Source of the DNA: Roseovarius sp. | GTDB lineage: Bacteria; Pseudomonadota; Alphaproteobacteria; Rhodobacterales; Rhodobacteraceae | Length of the DNA: 64,000 bases | Assembly (NCBI GenBank): GCA_040222155.1 | Contig: JAVKDQ010000074.1 | Coordinates: forward strand, 1,946-65,945 | Reading direction: 5' to 3' | In this document: in pieces, positions 59,266 to 64,000 of the stretch | Numbering within the stretch: position 1 is the stretch's first letter | How the letters are laid out: each line of letters starts with the position of its first letter | Notes under the pieces: generated by a model | The model's database searches: none | What the model was told of the DNA's origin: nothing | Seen by the model: the letters and a program-made list of their open reading frames with translations, nothing else | Translations under genes and position numbers: made by a program

Positions 59266-61674
59266 ATGAGCGCCCTGCCCCCTGTCTTTACCCAATGGTT
59301 CGCCCGGCGCGGATGGCAGCCCCATCCGCACCAGCTGAAGATGCTCCAGCGCAAGGCAAGCCCCGCCCAGCTTCTCATCGCGCCGACCGGCGGCGGCAAG
59401 ACGCTCGCGGGCTTTCTGCCCTCGCTCATCGAACTAGAAGACGGTCAGCACAAGGGTCTCCACACCCTCTACATCTCGCCCCTCAAGGCGCTCGCGGCCG
59501 ATATCAAGCGCAACCTGCGCCGCCCGGTCGAAGAGATGGGCCTGCCTATCCGTATCGAAGACCGCACCGGTGACACCGCGTCGTCTGCCAAGCGCCGCCA
59601 GCGCGCTGACCCGCCGCATATCCTGCTCACCACGCCCGAAAGTCTCGCGCTCCTCACCTCCTACGAGGATGCCCACCGCATCTTCGAAGGCGTCGAGCGC
59701 GTGATCGTGGATGAAATCCACGCGCTGGCCGAAAGCAAGCGCGGCGATCAGCTCATGCTGGCGCTCTCGCGCGTTCAGGCGCTCTGTCCGGGCCTGCGCC
59801 GCGTGGGCCTCTCCGCCACGGTGGAAGACCCCAGCGCCATCGCCCGCTTTCTCGCCCGCCATCCTGACCCTTGCGAGATCCTCACCGCCGATCCCGGCCC
59901 CGACCCCGACATCGCGATGCTGGAAACCCCTGAAGCCCCGCCCTGGGCGGGCGGTGGCGCGGCCTACGCGATCCCTGCCGTGCTCGACGAGGTGCGCCGC
60001 CACAAGACCACGCTCATCTTCCACAACACCCGCGCGCAGGCGGAGATCTTCTTTCATAACCTGTGGCTTGCCAATGAAGACGGCCTTCCCATAGGCATCC
60101 ATCACGGCTCGCTCGACCGGGTGCAGCGCGAGCGTGTGGAGGCGGCGATGCAGGCGGGCAGCCTGCGCGCCGTGGTCTGCACCGGCTCGCTCGATCTCGG
60201 CATCGACTGGGGCGATGTGGACCTCGTGATCCAGGTCGGCGCGCCCAAGAACGTCAAGCGGCTCGTGCAGCGCATCGGGCGCGCGAACCACAGCTACAAC
60301 ACGCCTTCCAAGGCGCTGCTGGTGCCCGCCAACCGCTTCGAGGTGGTCGAATGCCACGCCGCGCTTGAGGCCGTCCGCGCCCACGATCTCGACGGCGAGC
60401 CGCGCGGCCCGGGCCCGCGCGACGTGCTCTGCCAGCACATCCTCATCCGAGCCTGCGCCGGTGCCTTCGACGCTGATGCGCTCTTTGAGGAGGTGGTCTC
60501 CACCGGTGCCTACGCCACCCTCACCCGCGAGGCCTTCGACGCCTGCCTCGCCTTTTGCGCCACCGGCGGCTATGCGCTCAAGGCCTACGACCAGTGGCAA
60601 AGGCTCAAGAAACGCGCGGATGGCCTCTGGCAACTCCGCGACCCGCGAGCGGCCCGGCTCATCCGCATGAATATCGGCACAATTCAGGACAGCGACTTGC
60701 TGAAGGTGCGGATGCAACGCTCGCGCGGCGGCAAGCCGCTGGGCGAGGTAGAGGAAGGCTTTGCCGCCTCTCTCACCCCCGGCGACAGCTTCCTCATCGG
60801 CGGCCAGATCGTGCGTTACGAGGGCCTGCGCGAGATGGTGGTGGAGGTGAGCCGGGAGCGCGGCCGCAATCCAAAGGTGGCCGTCTTCTCCGGCACCAAG
60901 TTCGCCACTTCCACCCAGCTCAGCCAGCGCATCCTCGCCCTGATGAATGGCGGCGACTGGGCGATGCTGCCCGCCCATACCGCCGACTGGCTGGCGCTCC
61001 AGCGCCATGTGAGCGAGCTGCCCCGCGCGGGGCGGCTGCTGATCGAAAGCTTCCCCCACGAGGGCCGCGAACACGCGGTGATCTATGGCTTTGCGGGCCG
61101 CAACGCGCAAACCACGCTGGGCCTCATCCTAACCAAGCGGATGGAGGAGCTTGGCCTTGCGCCGCTCGGCTTCGTCGCCACCGATTACGCCACGCTCATC
61201 TGGGGCCTCGAGCCACTCACCGACCCCGCGCCACTCTTCGAGATGGTCGCGCTGCGCGAGGGGCTCGAGCGCTGGCTCGCCGGTAACCAACTGATGAAAC
61301 GCACCTTTCGCGCCTCCGCCACCATCGCGGGCCTCATCCAGCGCAACGCGCCGGGCGCCAGGAAAAGCGGGCGGCAGGCCACCTTCTCATCGGACATCCT
61401 CTACGACACGCTCGCCAAATACGACCCCGGCCACTTGCTTCTCGACATCACCCGCGAGGAAGCCATGCGCGGCCTCATCGATTTCGGCCGGATCGAGGAG
61501 ATGATCGGGCGTATCGACGGGCGGATCGACCTCAGGCGCCTGCCCCGTGTCACGCCACTGGCCGCGCCGCTCTTTCTGGAACCGGGCAGGATGCCGGTGG
61601 AAGGGGCGGGGCAGGAGCGGCTTCTGGAAGAGGAAACGGCCCGACTCATGGAAGCGGCCGGGCTCTCGAGATAG
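59266..61674 (+). CDS. Lhr-like DEXH helicase (ligase-associated DNA damage response type)
   Basis: APTGGGKT, YISPLKAL, TTPESL, VDEIH, GLSAT, HHGSL, LDLGID, QRIGRA. Confidence 0.92.
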   Translation: MSALPPVFTQWFARRGWQPHPHQLKMLQRKASPAQLLIAPTGGGKTLAGFLPSLIELEDGQHKGLHTLYISPLKALAADIKRNLRRPVEEMGLPIRIEDRTGDTASSAKRRQRADPPHILLTTPESLALLTSYEDAHRIFEGVERVIVDEIHALAESKRGDQLMLALSRVQALCPGLRRVGLSATVEDPSAIARFLARHPDPCEILTADPGPDPDIAMLETPEAPPWAGGGAAYAIPAVLDEVRRHKTTLIFHNTRAQAEIFFHNLWLANEDGLPIGIHHGSLDRVQRERVEAAMQAGSLRAVVCTGSLDLGIDWGDVDLVIQVGAPKNVKRLVQRIGRANHSYNTPSKALLVPANRFEVVECHAALEAVRAHDLDGEPRGPGPRDVLCQHILIRACAGAFDADALFEEVVSTGAYATLTREAFDACLAFCATGGYALKAYDQWQRLKKRADGLWQLRDPRAARLIRMNIGTIQDSDLLKVRMQRSRGGKPLGEVEEGFAASLTPGDSFLIGGQIVRYEGLREMVVEVSRERGRNPKVAVFSGTKFATSTQLSQRILALMNGGDWAMLPAHTADWLALQRHVSELPRAGRLLIESFPHEGREHAVIYGFAGRNAQTTLGLILTKRMEELGLAPLGFVATDYATLIWGLEPLTDPAPLFEMVALREGLERWLAGNQLMKRTFRASATIAGLIQRNAPGARKSGRQATFSSDILYDTLAKYDPGHLLLDITREEAMRGLIDFGRIEEMIGRIDGRIDLRRLPRVTPLAAPLFLEPGRMPVEGAGQERLLEEETARLMEAAGLSR

Positions 61675-61712
61675 GCATCATGGCCGACGCGCCGCGAGGT
61701 CTCGAAGTTGGG

Positions 61713-61735
61713 AAGGTATTTGGAACAAGAAAAAG
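61713..61735 (+). repeat. copy of the TATTT-N4-CAAGAAGAAG repeat family
   Basis: AAGGTATTTGGAACAAGAAAAAG. Confidence 0.6.
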
Positions 61736-61793
61736 CAACGAGGCCTGACAGACGCGCGGCCTAAGAGCGCGCTTCTAGGAGGAAGGGAACGCC

Positions 61794-62183
61794 TTAGCCG
61801 CCCATCACCTTTTCGTGGATCGTCTTCAGGGTCTGGGCGAGCGACATCGGGTCGAAGGGCTTGGCCAGCACATCCGCGGCCCCCATCTCGCGCAGACGTT
61901 CTGTTTCGGCGGTGTTGAACTTGGCCGTCAGAAAGACAAAGGGGATCGCCTCAAGCCCGTCGATCTTGCGCAACTCCTGCAAGGTCATCGGGCCATCCAT
62001 GCCGGGCATCATCACGTCGAGCAGCACCAGTTGCGGCGCGAAACCGGGCGCGGCGCTCACTGCCTCTTCGCCCGAGGCGCAGCCCTTCGCTTCAAGCCCG
62101 CCCACGGTGATCAGGGCCAAGCCGATGAGTTCGAGAATTGCCGGGTCATCCTCTACATAAAGGATCCGTTTGAGTTCGTTCAT
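61794..62183 (-). CDS. single-domain response regulator
   Basis: ILYVEDD, LLDVMMPGMDG, FLTAK, AKPFDP; no output domain. Confidence 0.92.
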   Translation of the reverse strand: MNELKRILYVEDDPAILELIGLALITVGGLEAKGCASGEEAVSAAPGFAPQLVLLDVMMPGMDGPMTLQELRKIDGLEAIPFVFLTAKFNTAETERLREMGAADVLAKPFDPMSLAQTLKTIHEKVMGG

Positions 62184-62223
62184 TCCCGGCCTTTCTTCGT
62201 CACCTCATCTGGCGCTTTACACG

Positions 62224-64000
62224 CTATGCCTGCATGTAGACGGTTGATGTCTCGGCGTCACCCTCAAAGAGCGGAAACTCCACCCAGAAGGTGGCCCCCT
62301 GCCCCGCGCTCGACCAGAAACCCACATTGCCATTCATCTGAACCGCCAGCTCCTTGGTGATCGCGAGCCCGAGGCCCGAGCCGCTGCTCTTGCGGGTATC
62401 GGAGGCATCGGTTTGCGAGAATCGCTTGAAGATCAGCTCGTGGTATTTCTCGGGAATGCCGCATCCCTCGTCGCGCACCTCGATGCGCACGCAACCCTCG
62501 CCGAGGCGGGCCGAGACATGCACGGTGCCATCCTCGTCGGAGAACTTGACGGCGTTGGAGATATAGTTGGTGAGCACCTGCACGGCGCGCGACTTGTCGA
62601 CCGCGATCTCGGCCTCCGGCAACTCGCCCTCCACCGCGAGGCCGACCCCGTATTTATGGCCGAAGCTGCGGTTCACGTCGACGCAATGCCGCACGAGCCA
62701 GCCCACGTCGCAGCTGGCGATATCGAACTCCAGACGCCCGGCGGTGAGTTTCTCGAGATCCAGGATTTCGTCGATCAGACTCGAGAGGGTTTCGCAATTG
62801 TGCATCGCAGCCTCGAGCACGTTGTCGGCGCGGGCGTCGAGCGCGCCGAAGACGCCGCCCTTGATGAGCGAAAGCGTGCCGGCGATGGAAGTCATCGGCG
62901 TGCGCAACTCGTGGCTGACCGTGGCGATGAACTCGGCCTGCAGGCGCTCGACACGGCGGCGCTCGGTGATGTCGCGGATGATGCCGATATAGACCTTGGT
63001 GCCTCGGCTCTCGAGCTCCGACACGGCAAGCTCCATCGGGAAGACCTCACCATTGCGCCGTAGCGCCTCCATCTCGCGCACCACGCCGATCTCGAGCCCG
63101 CCGGCCTCCGGTTCGCCGATCCGCTCGAAGGCGCGGGACGTGCCGGTGGTCCGCGTGGGCAGCAGCATCGAGATGTTGCGCCCTATCACATCCTCGGCGG
63201 GGTAGCCGAAGATTTTCTCGGAGGTGCGGTTGAACGTCTGGATCGTGCCGCGCTTGTCGACCGTGATGATGCTGTCGACCACGTTGTCGAGCACGGCGGC
63301 GTTGCGCTTGGCCACGTAGCGCAGTGCCTCCTCGACATGCCGGTCTTCCGTCACGTCGCGGTTGACGCCGGTCATCCGCAACGGCTTGCCGTGCTCATCC
63401 CGGGTGACATTGGCGACCGAGACGAAGATGCGTTCCTCGCCCGAGGGCCTCACGATACGGAATTCGGCACTGAACGGAGTGGCGTCGGAGGCCAGGGCAA
63501 GCTCGACGCTGCGCGAGACGCGGGCCCTGTCTTCCTCGTGGAGGAACGTGTACCAGTTGATGATCTCGCCATCGAAGGCGTCTTGCTCCAGCCCGTAGAG
63601 CCTGCGGTTCTGCTCATCCCATTCGACATGCCCGCTCTCCAGATCGTAGGTCCAGACACCGATCTGGGCGATCTCGGTGGCGAGCTGGATGCGTTCGAGC
63701 GAGCTTTGCAGCATTCGCGAGGTGCGCTGGCGCTCGGTCACGTCGGTTGCGATCACGATGAAGCCCGCGTGAACGCCGCCACGCTCCCAGATCGGGCTGC
63801 AGCGGATATCCACCCAGTAGGTTTCGCCCGACTTGGTGCGGTTGCGCGCCTCCACGTTGAACGGCTCGACCGCCTTGAGCGCCGCGCCGATCCGCAGAAG
63901 GGTTTCGGGCTCGTTCTGCTCGCCGTGCAGGATCTCTCCCAGCGGTTTGCGGGCGAGATCCTGCAGGGTGTAGCCCGTCATCTTGGTGAAGGCGTCGTTC
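62224..64000 (-). CDS. multi-PAS sensor histidine kinase (5' end outside window)
   Basis: At least three PAS/PAC domains; ATVSHELRTP H-box, NYISNAVKFS, DEGCGIP, SGSGLGLAI; the frame stays open to the window edge. Confidence 0.92.
   Translation of the reverse strand, partial: NDAFTKMTGYTLQDLARKPLGEILHGEQNEPETLLRIGAALKAVEPFNVEARNRTKSGETYWVDIRCSPIWERGGVHAGFIVIATDVTERQRTSRMLQSSLERIQLATEIAQIGVWTYDLESGHVEWDEQNRRLYGLEQDAFDGEIINWYTFLHEEDRARVSRSVELALASDATPFSAEFRIVRPSGEERIFVSVANVTRDEHGKPLRMTGVNRDVTEDRHVEEALRYVAKRNAAVLDNVVDSIITVDKRGTIQTFNRTSEKIFGYPAEDVIGRNISMLLPTRTTGTSRAFERIGEPEAGGLEIGVVREMEALRRNGEVFPMELAVSELESRGTKVYIGIIRDITERRRVERLQAEFIATVSHELRTPMTSIAGTLSLIKGGVFGALDARADNVLEAAMHNCETLSSLIDEILDLEKLTAGRLEFDIASCDVGWLVRHCVDVNRSFGHKYGVGLAVEGELPEAEIAVDKSRAVQVLTNYISNAVKFSDEDGTVHVSARLGEGCVRIEVRDEGCGIPEKYHELIFKRFSQTDASDTRKSSGSGLGLAITKELAVQMNGNVGFWSSAGQGATFWVEFPLFEGDAETSTVYMQA

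Overview
High-GC alphaproteobacterial chromosome segment, consistent with Rhodobacterales/Roseobacteraceae (gcrA, Rhodobacter-type cox operon, Cpa/Tad cluster). Most of it is core genome: a partial SPOR protein, the upp-deoB-deoA-cdd nucleoside salvage operon, maeB, prpE, nadK, glyA, lepA, gcrA, thrC, surf1-coxC-ctaG-ctaB-coxB, tldD, dprA-topA, scoAB, a Flp/Tad pilus locus with two pilins and a second AAA ATPase, an Lhr-type helicase, and a PAS histidine kinase with a response regulator. The most interesting accessory features are: (1) a three-gene curli-like amyloid cassette (csgA-like, csgH, csgB-like; 9203-10675) with no csgE/F/G export genes in the window, whose major subunit is strongly cationic and has stacked His-Cys pairs; (2) a REP-associated tyrosine transposase (RAYT) carrying an in-frame 69-bp inverted REP doublet inside its own CDS and His at the catalytic Tyr position, with related GTAG-REPs elsewhere in the window; (3) a second dispersed intergenic repeat family (GAGGTATTT-N4-CAAGAAGAAG-like, 7 copies) and a 144-bp element with perfect 21-bp terminal inverted repeats; (4) a 1.1-kb apparently non-coding, hairpin-rich region with a CtrA-like box; and (5) unannotated small ORFs and recurring promoter motifs. 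No tRNA, rRNA or CRISPR array was seen. All calls come from manual reading and recalled family motifs; no searches were run.
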